This document shows, piece by piece, positions 1-8,651 of a DNA stretch of 58,347 bases. The notes beneath the pieces were generated by a model. The model was given only the letters and a program-made list of their open reading frames with translations. It was not told the origin of the DNA and did no database searches. The position numbers were made by a program, and so were the translations under genes. The DNA is taken from positions 1-58,347 of the forward strand of contig CAYRLZ010000060.1 of assembly GCA_964425275.1 (NCBI GenBank). The letters run 5' to 3'. This DNA comes from an uncultured bacterium. GTDB taxonomy: Bacteria > Hydrothermota > Tepidihabitantia > Tepidihabitantales > JBDRVQ01. The number at the start of each line of letters is the position of its first letter. The first letter of the stretch is position 1.

Positions 1-2694
1 GAAATCCTTAAAACCGCCTCTCCCACGGATATGATTACGGTAATCGTCCGAACCAAAGAGCAAGCCGACCTTACCCTTTTGCCTCCTACTGCCACTTATG
101 ATGAAAAACTTGAATACCTGAAATTCGTTGCCGAAAGGGCGCAGCGAGATATTCTTGCCTATCTCAAAACCGTGAAGGCGACGGATATTAAAAGTTATTC
201 ACTTGTTTCCGACATCGTCTTAAAGACAACACCGGAGGTGATTAAGAAATTAGCCGAAAGGGAAGATGTTGATTTTATTACCGATGACTTTGTGGTAAAG
301 ATTCACGACCACTGGCCAGGCGAGCAAGTTGCGAGGGATGCGACCGATGCCCCGGAGTGGAATATTACTAAGGTGAGTGCGGATGCCTGCTGGGCGGACG
401 GCTATACCGGACAAGGTGTTGTTGTCTCCAACCTTGACACCGGGGTTGATGTCTCCCATCCGGCATTTGGCAACCGGTGGCGCTCAACCGATGGTTGGTT
501 TGATGGTGTCAACGGTCGGACAACTCCCTACGATGACAATGGGCACGGCACCCATACGATGGGAACGATTACCGGTGGTGATGGCTTGGGTCCTTTTACT
601 AATGATATCGGGGTTGCCCCGGGCGCGACCTTCATTGCGGCCAAGGGGTTTAACTCCAGTGGCTCTGGTCAAGCCACCTGGATAATTGCTTGTTTTAACT
701 GGCTTGCCCAGACCGGTCGCCCCAATGTTGTTTCTAATTCCTGGGGAGGTTCCCGCACCACCACTACCTGGTGGCAATATATTGTTAATTTAAGAAACCT
801 AGGGATTGTTGTTGTGGTTTCAATTGGCAACTCTGGTCCTAATGGGTCAACTTCTAACTCACCCGGGAATTTCCCAATAGTGATTGGTGTCGGAGCAACC
901 GATGCCGCTGATAACATCGCCAGTTACTCCAGTCGTGGACCGGCTCCTAACCAAGACCCCTGGAATAACCCAGCTAACTGGCCAAGACCTGACTGGAATT
1001 TAATAAATCCGGCAATATCGGCCCCTGGTTCTGGTGTCCGCTCCGCGGCTCCGGGTGGCGGTTATGCCAGTATGAGCGGCACTTCTATGGCTTGCCCCCA
1101 TGTTGCTGGCGCGGTTGCCTTGATGCTGGAAAAACGGGCTAATATCAGCCCGGATGAGGCATTCAATCTCATTACCGATAATTGTGACCGTCCTTCTCAG
1201 GGTGGGACCTATCCCAACAATAACTATGGCTGGGGAAGATTGAACTGTAAAAAAGTTCTGGATGCAATGGTTCCGGCCAATCGCCCGAATATTCTCCTCT
1301 CCCGAACCGACATAACTGGTGACCCAAATAATAACCACCGCCTTGACCCGGGTGAGACCGGAAATCTTATAACCTATCTCAGAAATACATCAGCCGTTCC
1401 GGCAACCAATTTAAGGGGAATTTTAAGGACTACTGACCCTTATCTGACAATCTCTGATTCTACGGCTAATTATGGAAATGTTGGTGGTCAGGACAGCACC
1501 AATAACTTAACTGACCCCTATGTTTTGACCGCGAGTAGTTCCACACCACCTGGTTATACCGCAAACCTTTCCCTTTACTTAGTTTGCGATGAGACATCCT
1601 GGACCAAACCATTCTCCTTAACCATTGGTCAACCCCCACCGCAACCCGGGCAAAAAATCTGGGGACCAAGGCAGGTTTCCGGAACACCGAGCGGGGCTGG
1701 ACTTTATGGGCTTGCCTATAATCCAACCAATGACCGGATATATGTCTGCCACTTCCGAGCCCGAACCATCTTTATTTATTCCTCTGATTCTTTGCTTACC
1801 TCCTTTGGCACTATCCCAACACCAAACAATGAGACCGCCTGCACTGATATAAAATACTGTGCCTATGACAATACCTTCTGGGTTGCCTCTAATCAGACGA
1901 AACGGGTTTATAAAATATCCGCTACGGGAACGGTTCTTCGGCAATTTGCCAATCCGGCAAACGACTATCCTACTGGACTTTGTTGGGACGAAAACGAAGG
2001 TCTTCTCTATCTGGCTGACCGAAGGGCAGTTGGTGTTCAGCCTGGTTATATCTATGTCGTTGATACCTTGGGCACTCAAATCCGGCGGATGACTATTCCT
2101 TTGAGCGCCAATGTTGGTCCGCGTGGTTTGGCATTAGAAGTGTCAACCGGCAATCCTGACCGACCAACCCTTTGTCACCTCTATACCTCTTTTAATGCCG
2201 CGGGTAATGCAGTTGATAGTGTTGGCGTCTATGAGTTAAAGCGGGATGATATCTCAATCTTGCAGCGCTTTCTTATCACTGAAAGGTATAATGCCCGAGG
2301 TGTTGAATATGACCCAAGGGATGCCAGCCTCTGGGTGACGATAATGGAAATGGCCGCGGGAGGTCCTAATAACTACATCATAAAATATACTGGCTTCCAT
2401 GAGCAGACCGGTGTTGAAGAGCCGAAATTACCGCTCAGAGATATATCGGGTGTGCGTTGTTTTCCCAATCCCTTCAACAAATCCCTAACCATCTCCTATC
2501 AGTTAAAGAAGTCATCGGATGTTCGGGTATCAATCCACGATGTTACTGGGAGAATGCTTACCTGCCTCCAGAAAGGCAAACTGAATTCAGGAATCTATCA
2601 TCACACCTGGAATGGGGAGAATGTCTCCGGTATCTACTTTGTGAATATCCGCACGAATCAGGAGAACCTCTGGTATAAGGTAATCAAATTCTAA
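1..2694 (+). CDS. Secreted subtilisin-like (S8) serine protease with a beta-propeller-like region and a T9SS C-terminal sorting domain. The 5' end probably runs off the window.
   Basis: ORF 31..2694. The frame stays open back to nt 1, and there is no signal peptide at the first in-window Met. Triad motifs DTGVD, HGTHTMGT and GTSMACPHVAG are present. The N-terminal segment looks like a propeptide. The C-terminus (FPNPFNKSLTISY...SGIYFVNI) matches the T9SS type A CTD pattern. Confidence 0.85.
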   Translation, partial: EILKTASPTDMITVIVRTKEQADLTLLPPTATYDEKLEYLKFVAERAQRDILAYLKTVKATDIKSYSLVSDIVLKTTPEVIKKLAEREDVDFITDDFVVKIHDHWPGEQVARDATDAPEWNITKVSADACWADGYTGQGVVVSNLDTGVDVSHPAFGNRWRSTDGWFDGVNGRTTPYDDNGHGTHTMGTITGGDGLGPFTNDIGVAPGATFIAAKGFNSSGSGQATWIIACFNWLAQTGRPNVVSNSWGGSRTTTTWWQYIVNLRNLGIVVVVSIGNSGPNGSTSNSPGNFPIVIGVGATDAADNIASYSSRGPAPNQDPWNNPANWPRPDWNLINPAISAPGSGVRSAAPGGGYASMSGTSMACPHVAGAVALMLEKRANISPDEAFNLITDNCDRPSQGGTYPNNNYGWGRLNCKKVLDAMVPANRPNILLSRTDITGDPNNNHRLDPGETGNLITYLRNTSAVPATNLRGILRTTDPYLTISDSTANYGNVGGQDSTNNLTDPYVLTASSSTPPGYTANLSLYLVCDETSWTKPFSLTIGQPPPQPGQKIWGPRQVSGTPSGAGLYGLAYNPTNDRIYVCHFRARTIFIYSSDSLLTSFGTIPTPNNETACTDIKYCAYDNTFWVASNQTKRVYKISATGTVLRQFANPANDYPTGLCWDENEGLLYLADRRAVGVQPGYIYVVDTLGTQIRRMTIPLSANVGPRGLALEVSTGNPDRPTLCHLYTSFNAAGNAVDSVGVYELKRDDISILQRFLITERYNARGVEYDPRDASLWVTIMEMAAGGPNNYIIKYTGFHEQTGVEEPKLPLRDISGVRCFPNPFNKSLTISYQLKKSSDVRVSIHDVTGRMLTCLQKGKLNSGIYHHTWNGENVSGIYFVNIRTNQENLWYKVIKF

Positions 2695-2714
2695 AAAGAG
2701 GAGAAAAATAAGAA

Positions 2715-2745
2715 GGCGGGAGAGATTTCTCCCGCCTTTTCTTTT
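2715..2745 (+). terminator. Rho-independent terminator, possibly bidirectional
   Basis: GGCGGGAGA (2715-2723), loop GATT, TCTCCCGCC (2728-2736), then TTTTCTTTT. An A-rich run lies on the other side. Confidence 0.7.
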
Positions 2746-2760
2746 ACTTGTGTAAGGCTA

Positions 2761-2928
2761 AGAAGGAGATTTAGAGGAGGACACAGAAAGAGGCACAGGG
2801 AGGGGAAGAAAGAACCTAACAGGGAGCCGGTCAGGAGGAGATAGAGAAGGGGGCTGAGAAAGGAGAAGAGAGGATAAGGAGATAGGGAAAAGGATTAGGG
2901 AAGGGATAGAGAAAGAGACAGGGTAAGA
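2761..2928 (-). repeat. Degenerate distal part of array A1. The 12-nt lattice fades into a polypyrimidine (minus strand) / polypurine (plus strand) tract.
   Basis: The plus strand is almost pure A/G. In-register 12-mers GATAGGGAAAAG, GATTAGGGAAGG, GATAGAGAAAGA and GACAGGGTAAGA lie at 2881-2928. There are many AGGAG/GGA motifs. Confidence 0.7.
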
Positions 2929-3144
2929 GACCGATAATAGCACTCCCAATAGGACGTTTTATAGGACCAAGAATAGCATCACCAATAGCATCCGGAATAG
3001 GACGGAGAATAGGAAAGGGAATAGAACACTCAGTAGGAAAGAGAATAGGATTCCCAATAGGTAAGAGAATAGAATCCTGAATAGAACCCCAAATAGGAAA
3101 GAGAATAGGGATTAGAATAGGACATTTAATACCATCCCGAATAG
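2929..3144 (-). repeat. Array A1: 18 phased 12-nt units with core CTATT (AATAG on the plus strand)
   Basis: Every plus-strand 12-mer from 2929 to 3144 ends in AATAG, with variants AATAC, AGTAG and TATAG. The strand given is the head-first orientation and is inferred. Confidence 0.9.
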
Positions 3145-3207
3145 CACCCCCTATACGACCCCCTATCTTTAAGGGAAAATCCCCTAAGTTTTGGATATTC
3201 AATCACT
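3145..3207 (-). other. A1 head: G-rich 12-mers AAGATAGGGGGT and CGTATAGGGGGT plus a conserved upstream block
   Basis: The minus-strand reading is AGTGATTGAATATCCAAAACTTAGGGGATTTTCCCTTAAAGATAGGGGGTCGTATAGGGGGT. It is homologous to the heads of A2, A3 and A4. Confidence 0.6.
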
Positions 3208-3282
3208 TAATACAAAAAATCGGGCTTAAAAAATATTACTGTCAGTAATATTTTCCTGGTATTCCCTTATGAACTCTTTGGA

Positions 3283-3314
3283 TAAAAAAACGCCCCACCA
3301 AAAAGATGGTGCGT
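3283..3314 (-). terminator. Rho-independent terminator of the Kelch-repeat gene
   Basis: The minus strand reads ACGCACCATCTTTTTGGTGGGGCGT followed by T7. It lies 17 nt after the stop at 3331. Confidence 0.6.
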
Positions 3315-3330
3315 CTCCTTTTCAGTCAGG

Positions 3331-4908
3331 TTATTTTATAACCACAAGTTTCTTATCTTCTTTATAGCCTTTGGTCTTAAACCGCAAGAGATAGATTCCC
3401 GCTGGTAGTCTTCTAATAGTAAATAGACCTTTATTCGTCTTTGCTGAATAGATAACTTCACCTAAGATATTGTAGATTTTTAAGGTCGCCATCTCATTCT
3501 TCGGCCAATTGTAATAAACAGTTGTGAAGCCTCTTGTTGGGTTGGAGTTAATCCGGATAGAAGTCGGGCGACTTAATTCCTGATGAGTTCCGGTATTGGG
3601 CAGTGAGGCAAGTAGAGTCGTCGTTCCGATATATTTATAGATAACATTGGTATTATTCCCCTTAATTGCGTAGATACTGCCGTCAAATGTGCAGAGCCCA
3701 CCGCCACCTTTCACATATTTCCTCTCGCTTCCCTTGGGAATCGTATCCTTAGGAACCCAGGCATCATTTGCCGGGTCATACATCCAGAACTCTTTTGTAT
3801 TATTGCCTTTGAAGGCATAGATTTTGCCATTCCAGAGGGTCATTGCAGCGCCTTCGCCGACCTTTTTACTTTTTCGGCAATAGGGATGGATAAAGGGCAT
3901 ACTCTCTTTTTTCGACCAGGAATCACCTTCTGGGCAGTATTGGTAGAATTCATTATATTTTCCCCGCAGGGCATAGATATAACTTCCATCCGAGACTAAA
4001 CAACTGCCGTCACCGTAACCTCTATCGGTTCCGACAATTTCTCGCGCATCTTTTCTTTTTTCCCAACTGTCGCCGGCGATATTAAACCGATAGAATTCCT
4101 TGGTCTTTGAGCCTTTCAAGAGATAGACAAAACCGTTCTGATAAGCGATGCCGGTTCCACCCTTCAATCCCTTTATCCCTGGGACACTGTCTAACTCCTG
4201 CCAGACAGCCGTTGCCCGGTTATAGCGCCAGAATTCCTTGGTTCCAGTTCCTGGGACAATATAAATATTGGTTAAGCCGTCGTCGGTAATACCCGAGCCT
4301 TTCCTTAGGCCGAGTTTATTTTTAATCGGAATGCTGTCAATCCAGAGTGGTGTGGTTCCTGGGAGGTAGGAATAAAAACTCTTTGTATTGTTCCCTTTTA
4401 TGATATAGATTTTGTCACCGGCGGTAATACACCCGCCACCTTTAATCTTCTTTCCATCACCAGTGGTTGGCACAGTATCGGAAAGTTTCTGCCAGTCGCT
4501 GACCGGTCGCGGGATATTTGCCACAGTCACCGAATCGGTCTTTTTATCATTATCCGGATTTTCATCTAAGTCAAGGCAGGTTGTGCATCGGGTAGTAAAG
4601 GTGCCGAGTGGTTGCGCTACCCACGGGTCAAAATAGACTGTTGTCTCCCAGTTTCGGTAGAGCGTCTTTTCTACGGTTTTTGTGCAGGAATAGGCATCAC
4701 CAATCTTAAAGATGACATCAAACCAGGCTACCGGGTCGGTCCCGACATTTTTAATTCGGGCGCGGGGGATGATTGTATCACCAAGTGGGACAGTGCCGGT
4801 CGGGGCATAGATTCTTATCGTTGCCACATCAAACTCTTCCTGTGCCTCACTACTTGTCAGTAGTCCTAAAATAATAAGTAGGGCAATTACTCCGAGTTTC
4901 TTTTTCAT
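3331..4908 (-). CDS. Secreted Kelch-repeat (beta-propeller) protein with T9SS CTD
   Basis: The ORF is 3331..4965. The preferred start is ATG 4908 (MKKKLGVIALLIILGLL signal peptide) preceded by AGGAGG. Repeated IY..KGNNTKEFW.Y blades are present. The C-terminal CTD contains LKIYNILGEVIY...AGIYLLRF. Confidence 0.8.
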   Translation of the reverse strand: MKKKLGVIALLIILGLLTSSEAQEEFDVATIRIYAPTGTVPLGDTIIPRARIKNVGTDPVAWFDVIFKIGDAYSCTKTVEKTLYRNWETTVYFDPWVAQPLGTFTTRCTTCLDLDENPDNDKKTDSVTVANIPRPVSDWQKLSDTVPTTGDGKKIKGGGCITAGDKIYIIKGNNTKSFYSYLPGTTPLWIDSIPIKNKLGLRKGSGITDDGLTNIYIVPGTGTKEFWRYNRATAVWQELDSVPGIKGLKGGTGIAYQNGFVYLLKGSKTKEFYRFNIAGDSWEKRKDAREIVGTDRGYGDGSCLVSDGSYIYALRGKYNEFYQYCPEGDSWSKKESMPFIHPYCRKSKKVGEGAAMTLWNGKIYAFKGNNTKEFWMYDPANDAWVPKDTIPKGSERKYVKGGGGLCTFDGSIYAIKGNNTNVIYKYIGTTTLLASLPNTGTHQELSRPTSIRINSNPTRGFTTVYYNWPKNEMATLKIYNILGEVIYSAKTNKGLFTIRRLPAGIYLLRFKTKGYKEDKKLVVIK

Positions 4909-4971
4909 AATTCCTCCTTTAGGATTTGTCCCTAACCAAAAGTCCTTCTTTTTTCTCTTCACCACTTTCTA

Positions 4972-4999
4972 AGCATAGCAGAAATTAGAAAAAAGTCAA
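4972..4999 (-). promoter_or_regulatory. sigma70-type promoter for the Kelch gene (about 60-nt leader with SD)
   Basis: Minus strand: TTGACT, 16 nt, TATGCT. Confidence 0.5.
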
Positions 5000-5048
5000 C
5001 GGTTAAAAAAATTCGGGAAGGCTAATTGGCGGTGGTGTGTTGGCAGTC

Positions 5049-5077
5049 TTGACTTTTGGGAAATAAGAGGGTATAAT
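5049..5077 (+). promoter_or_regulatory. sigma70-type promoter, 9 nt upstream of ATG 5087
   Basis: TTGACT (5049-5054), 17 nt, TATAAT (5072-5077). Confidence 0.6.
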
Positions 5078-5086
5078 ATTAAATAG

Positions 5087-6415
5087 ATGAAAGGAAGGCA
5101 AACAGCCACTTATGGAGGATTGGCGGTCAATAGATTAATCTCAATCTCTTGGTGGCGGGCATTCATAATCGGGCAGTTTTTGGGTATGGTGTCGGGATTT
5201 CCAATGTATAATCTCTATTATGGTAATCTCCATTCCCACACATCTTATTCTGATGGTCGGGGCACCCCCCGTCAGGCCTTTGCCTATGCCCGAGATACCG
5301 CCCGGATTCATATCTTGGCAGTAACCGACCACGGTGAGATGCTTTCCTCCGCCGAATGGGAAGATATTAAGAAACAAGCCGATTCCGCCACGAAGCCTGG
5401 TCAATTTTTAGGGCTGGCCGGGTTTGAATGGACAAGTCGGGATGGACATATCAATATCTTTAATACCTCCGATTACACCTCAGCGCATCAAAACCCAACC
5501 GTTGGTTCAATTTATGAGTGGCTGGCAAATAGGAATAATGCAATAGGCCAATTCAACCATCCGGGCGGTCCTTATCTCTTCAATAACTTCCGGCACAGTT
5601 CTATTGGCGATATTTCTATGACTCTTTTTGAAATTCAGAACCGCCACCAAGCCGAGGTTTATTATGTTGCCTTGGATAGTGGCTGGCGGGTTGGGATTTC
5701 AGCAAATCAGGATAATCACTTTCCGGACTGGGGCAAAGGGCATCAACTGACCGGTATCTGGGCCGAGAGTTTAACGAAGAGTTCAATCATTTCGGCGATT
5801 CAAAATAGACGCACCTTTGGAACTCTGGACAGGGATTTTCAACTCTGGTTCAAGGCAAATGACCAATGGATGGGTTCAACCATCCCTAATGGTGAGGTTC
5901 AATTTGAGGTCTTTGCCTTTGACCCGAGCCTTGCCGATTTCATCCGCCGAATTGATATTATAACGAACAATAATGTTGTATTGGATTCCCTTATTTTAGG
6001 TAATACAAATTATGCTCGGTGGCAGACCCGAACCTACACCAATTCGACGGCGAGGAAATATTTCTTTGTCCGGGTAATTGAGAACGATAGTGATTATATC
6101 CTCTCTTCGCCGATATGGACAAAGGGCGGTGGTATCTTAGAAGATGGCGAATATAAAATTTTCCCCAACCCATTTATTTCATCCATTACCTTTAACTTCA
6201 ATTCCATTCACCAGAGAAGTTTAGACGAGATAAAAATCTATTCAGTGAGTGGAAAGGAGATTAAATCCTTCTTACCAAAGTTACCAGTTCGTTGGGCGGG
6301 TGAGGATAAAGCCGGGAAAAAGGTTCCCGCCGGTGTATATTTTGTGGTTTTTAGGATAGGCAATAGCCAGTGGTGTGAAAAGATTATTCGGTTGAATAAA
6401 CCAATAGTAAAATAG
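5087..6415 (+). CDS. PHP-domain metallophosphoesterase-like protein with T9SS CTD
   Basis: YYGNLHSHTSYSDG and AVTDHGE motifs (PHP fold). C-terminal FPNPFISSITF...AGVYFVVF CTD. Confidence 0.75.
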   Translation: MKGRQTATYGGLAVNRLISISWWRAFIIGQFLGMVSGFPMYNLYYGNLHSHTSYSDGRGTPRQAFAYARDTARIHILAVTDHGEMLSSAEWEDIKKQADSATKPGQFLGLAGFEWTSRDGHINIFNTSDYTSAHQNPTVGSIYEWLANRNNAIGQFNHPGGPYLFNNFRHSSIGDISMTLFEIQNRHQAEVYYVALDSGWRVGISANQDNHFPDWGKGHQLTGIWAESLTKSSIISAIQNRRTFGTLDRDFQLWFKANDQWMGSTIPNGEVQFEVFAFDPSLADFIRRIDIITNNNVVLDSLILGNTNYARWQTRTYTNSTARKYFFVRVIENDSDYILSSPIWTKGGGILEDGEYKIFPNPFISSITFNFNSIHQRSLDEIKIYSVSGKEIKSFLPKLPVRWAGEDKAGKKVPAGVYFVVFRIGNSQWCEKIIRLNKPIVK

Positions 6416-6533
6416 TTAGGAGAGATTTTAATTGCTTTCATCTTCCTCACTAATTTGTCAGGAGTAAGAGTCTTTTTATTCCTTTTTGGGTTAAACCGCA
6501 GGGCATTTGCTTCTTTAGGTAAAGTCGATAGCA

Positions 6534-7010
6534 ATGGCGAAATACTGTTTTCGGCCGGGATGCCAGTTTAATTTTATCCAGGGAGAAAAAATGGGCGCTT
6601 GTTACCAATCGGTTTGGATTGCTGGTTCTTTACTTTTAAGATTTTTTCAGTATATATTATTTATGCTATTACTTACTCCCTTTTTCGTCTTTTTCTCGGA
6701 TACGATGGTGGTTAAAAAGGTAGATACGGTTTGTTATAATGAGATTAAGGATAAGTGGATTGCGGAAGATAAGTTCTGGCACTTCGGGATGAGCGTCGCC
6801 TTAGTTGGCTCGTCCTATCATTTATTTAAGTGCCGGCTCAATGAAGAAAAAAATCGGTCAACTATTTTCTCTCTTGGTGGGACATTCTCACTCGGGATTA
6901 TGAAAGAGTTCTGGGATAGAAGCCGACCCAAGGGGCACTTCAGTTATCGGGATATTGTTGTCAACCTATTAGGAATTGGTGTTGGCTATTTGATTTTTAT
7001 CTATGATTGA
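6534..7010 (+). CDS. Small membrane protein of unknown function
   Basis: ORF with hydrophobic segments and a DKFWHF...KEFWD pattern. The start is uncertain. It overlaps the trmI start by 8 nt. Confidence 0.45.
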   Translation: MAKYCFRPGCQFNFIQGEKMGACYQSVWIAGSLLLRFFQYILFMLLLTPFFVFFSDTMVVKKVDTVCYNEIKDKWIAEDKFWHFGMSVALVGSSYHLFKCRLNEEKNRSTIFSLGGTFSLGIMKEFWDRSRPKGHFSYRDIVVNLLGIGVGYLIFIYD

Positions 7011-7803
7011 AGCCGGCGAACTCGTCCTTTTGTATAATTCGGAGAACACCCAGTATTTATTCACTTTGCCCAAAGAAGGGCAGTTTTCTACGCATAAGGG
7101 GAATATCTCATTTGCCGAGGTGCGGGAGAAAGATTTTGGTGATAAGATTTTAAGTTCAACCCATACCCCTTTCTATATCCTCCGGCCGACCCTAAAAGAT
7201 ATTGAGATGAAGGTGAAGCGAAAGACAACAATCATTTATCCCAAGGATGCCGGCTTTATTATCTTAAACTCTCACATCTTTCCCGGGGCAAAGGTATTAG
7301 AAGTGGGAACTGGGTCTGGTGCCTTCACGATAATCTTAGCCAATTTTGTCCGACCCGATGGTAAGGTCTATTCTTATGAAGTTCGGGAAGAGTTCTTAGA
7401 ACTGGCCAGAGAAAATCTGAAAAAGGCACACCTTTTAGAATATGTGGAACTAATCAAGAGAGATGTGGCAAAAGAAGGGTTAAATCTCCCTTCGGTCGGG
7501 CATAAAGGGGAATGGGGTGATTGTGTGTTCGTTGATGTTCCTTCTCCCTGGGAGTTAGTCAGGGAGTGCCACTCCGTCCTAAAAGGTGGGGCGACCTTTG
7601 CTTCGCTCTCCCCGAATATTGAACAGGTGCAAAAGACGGTAAGGGTCTTAGAACTTGAAGGGTTTGTTAGGATAAAGGTCTTTGAGATATTAGAAAGGGA
7701 GGTTATGGTCAGGCTCTCCGGAACAAGACCAAAGGAGAGGGGAATTGTCCATACCGCTTATTTGGTCTTTGCTCAGAAGGTGAAGAAAGATTGGGCAATT
7801 TAG
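7003..7803 (+). CDS. trmI: tRNA (adenine-N1)-methyltransferase, TrmI/Gcd14 family
   Basis: SAM motif VLEVGTGSGAFT, then VFVDVPSPWE and an N-terminal beta domain typical of TrmI. Confidence 0.8.
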   Translation: MIEAGELVLLYNSENTQYLFTLPKEGQFSTHKGNISFAEVREKDFGDKILSSTHTPFYILRPTLKDIEMKVKRKTTIIYPKDAGFIILNSHIFPGAKVLEVGTGSGAFTIILANFVRPDGKVYSYEVREEFLELARENLKKAHLLEYVELIKRDVAKEGLNLPSVGHKGEWGDCVFVDVPSPWELVRECHSVLKGGATFASLSPNIEQVQKTVRVLELEGFVRIKVFEILEREVMVRLSGTRPKERGIVHTAYLVFAQKVKKDWAI

Positions 7804-7805
7804 TA

Positions 7806-8651
7806 ATGGGGCAATTAAGTAAAAAGACTTTTCTATTTTGTTCTTTTATCGGTTTATTGCTCCTCCTTTTTTGCGCACGGGGGACAAAGAAGAAACTATC
7901 CTTACGGGTTGTTTCCCTTGTGCCTAGTATCACTGAGGTAATATTTGCCTTGGGAAAAGAATCGCTTTTGGTTGGCAATACGATATATTGCGATTATCCA
8001 GAAGGGGCAAAGAAAATCTATAAGGTGGGAGATTTTATCAATCCTTCCTTAGAAAAGATAGTTGCCTTAAGACCGGATATCGTCTTTTTAACCTTGCCCG
8101 CCCAGAAGATTATTCAAGAGAAATTGAACACCTTAAAGATAAAGACCTTTGTCTCCCAGCCAAAAGATTTTGAGACAATGCTTGACGAGATAAAAGAAAT
8201 CGGAAGGCAATTAGGGGCAGAGAAGCGGGCTTGCTCTTTGAGCCATTTTTTGCAAGAAGCAAAGGAGAAGATAAGATTTCCCCCAATTAAGGTCTACATT
8301 GAAATCTCTCCCCAGCCAATAATTTCCATCGGAAAGAAATCTTTTCTCTCGGATATTTTGGAAAAACAAGGATTAAAAAATATATTCTCGGACATAGAAG
8401 AGGAATATCCGATAATAAGGATTGAGGATATTATAAAGAGAGACCCAGAGGTTGTCCTTATCCTCCATCCCTTGTCAAGAAAAGAGGAGGTGAAAAAAAG
8501 GCTCGGGTTGGAAAAGGTAAAGGCGGTGCAGAGTGGGCAGATAATTGATGAGATAAATCCTGACCTCTTATTAAGACCGGGACCGAGGATTATTGAAGGA
8601 TTAAAGATGCTCCACTCAATTTTGAGTTCAAAACCGGGGCATGAGAAATAA
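7806..8651 (+). CDS. ABC transporter periplasmic binding lipoprotein (BtuF / iron-siderophore type)
   Basis: ATG at 7806 (the track ORF starts at TTG 7791). Signal peptide with LLLFC lipobox. RVVSLVPSITEVIFALG is typical of cluster A binding proteins. Confidence 0.75.
   Translation: MGQLSKKTFLFCSFIGLLLLLFCARGTKKKLSLRVVSLVPSITEVIFALGKESLLVGNTIYCDYPEGAKKIYKVGDFINPSLEKIVALRPDIVFLTLPAQKIIQEKLNTLKIKTFVSQPKDFETMLDEIKEIGRQLGAEKRACSLSHFLQEAKEKIRFPPIKVYIEISPQPIISIGKKSFLSDILEKQGLKNIFSDIEEEYPIIRIEDIIKRDPEVVLILHPLSRKEEVKKRLGLEKVKAVQSGQIIDEINPDLLLRPGPRIIEGLKMLHSILSSKPGHEK

Noticed and set aside
2929-3144. The arrays as CRISPR loci.
   Set aside because: The conserved core is only 5-6 nt and the period only 12 nt. 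The variable parts are inherited collinearly between paralogous arrays and are not unique spacers. No cas genes are in the window.
2761-3180. The plus-strand reading of A1 as a CsrB/RsmZ-like CsrA sponge (about 25 GGA/AGGA motifs).
   Set aside because: The GGA richness is specific to A1 and its purine tail. A2 has few such motifs and A3/A4 almost none, so this does not explain the family. It remains a possible secondary property of A1 if that array is transcribed from the plus strand.
2758-3202. Track ORFs 2758..2949 and 2831..3202 (minus strand), encoding Pro/Ser/Leu-rich and (P-I-x-x)n peptides across array A1.
   Set aside because: They are by-products of the 12-nt (4-codon) repeat. The equivalent frame is closed by TAG in the paralogous array A2. 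There is no ATG (TTG start only) and no SD.
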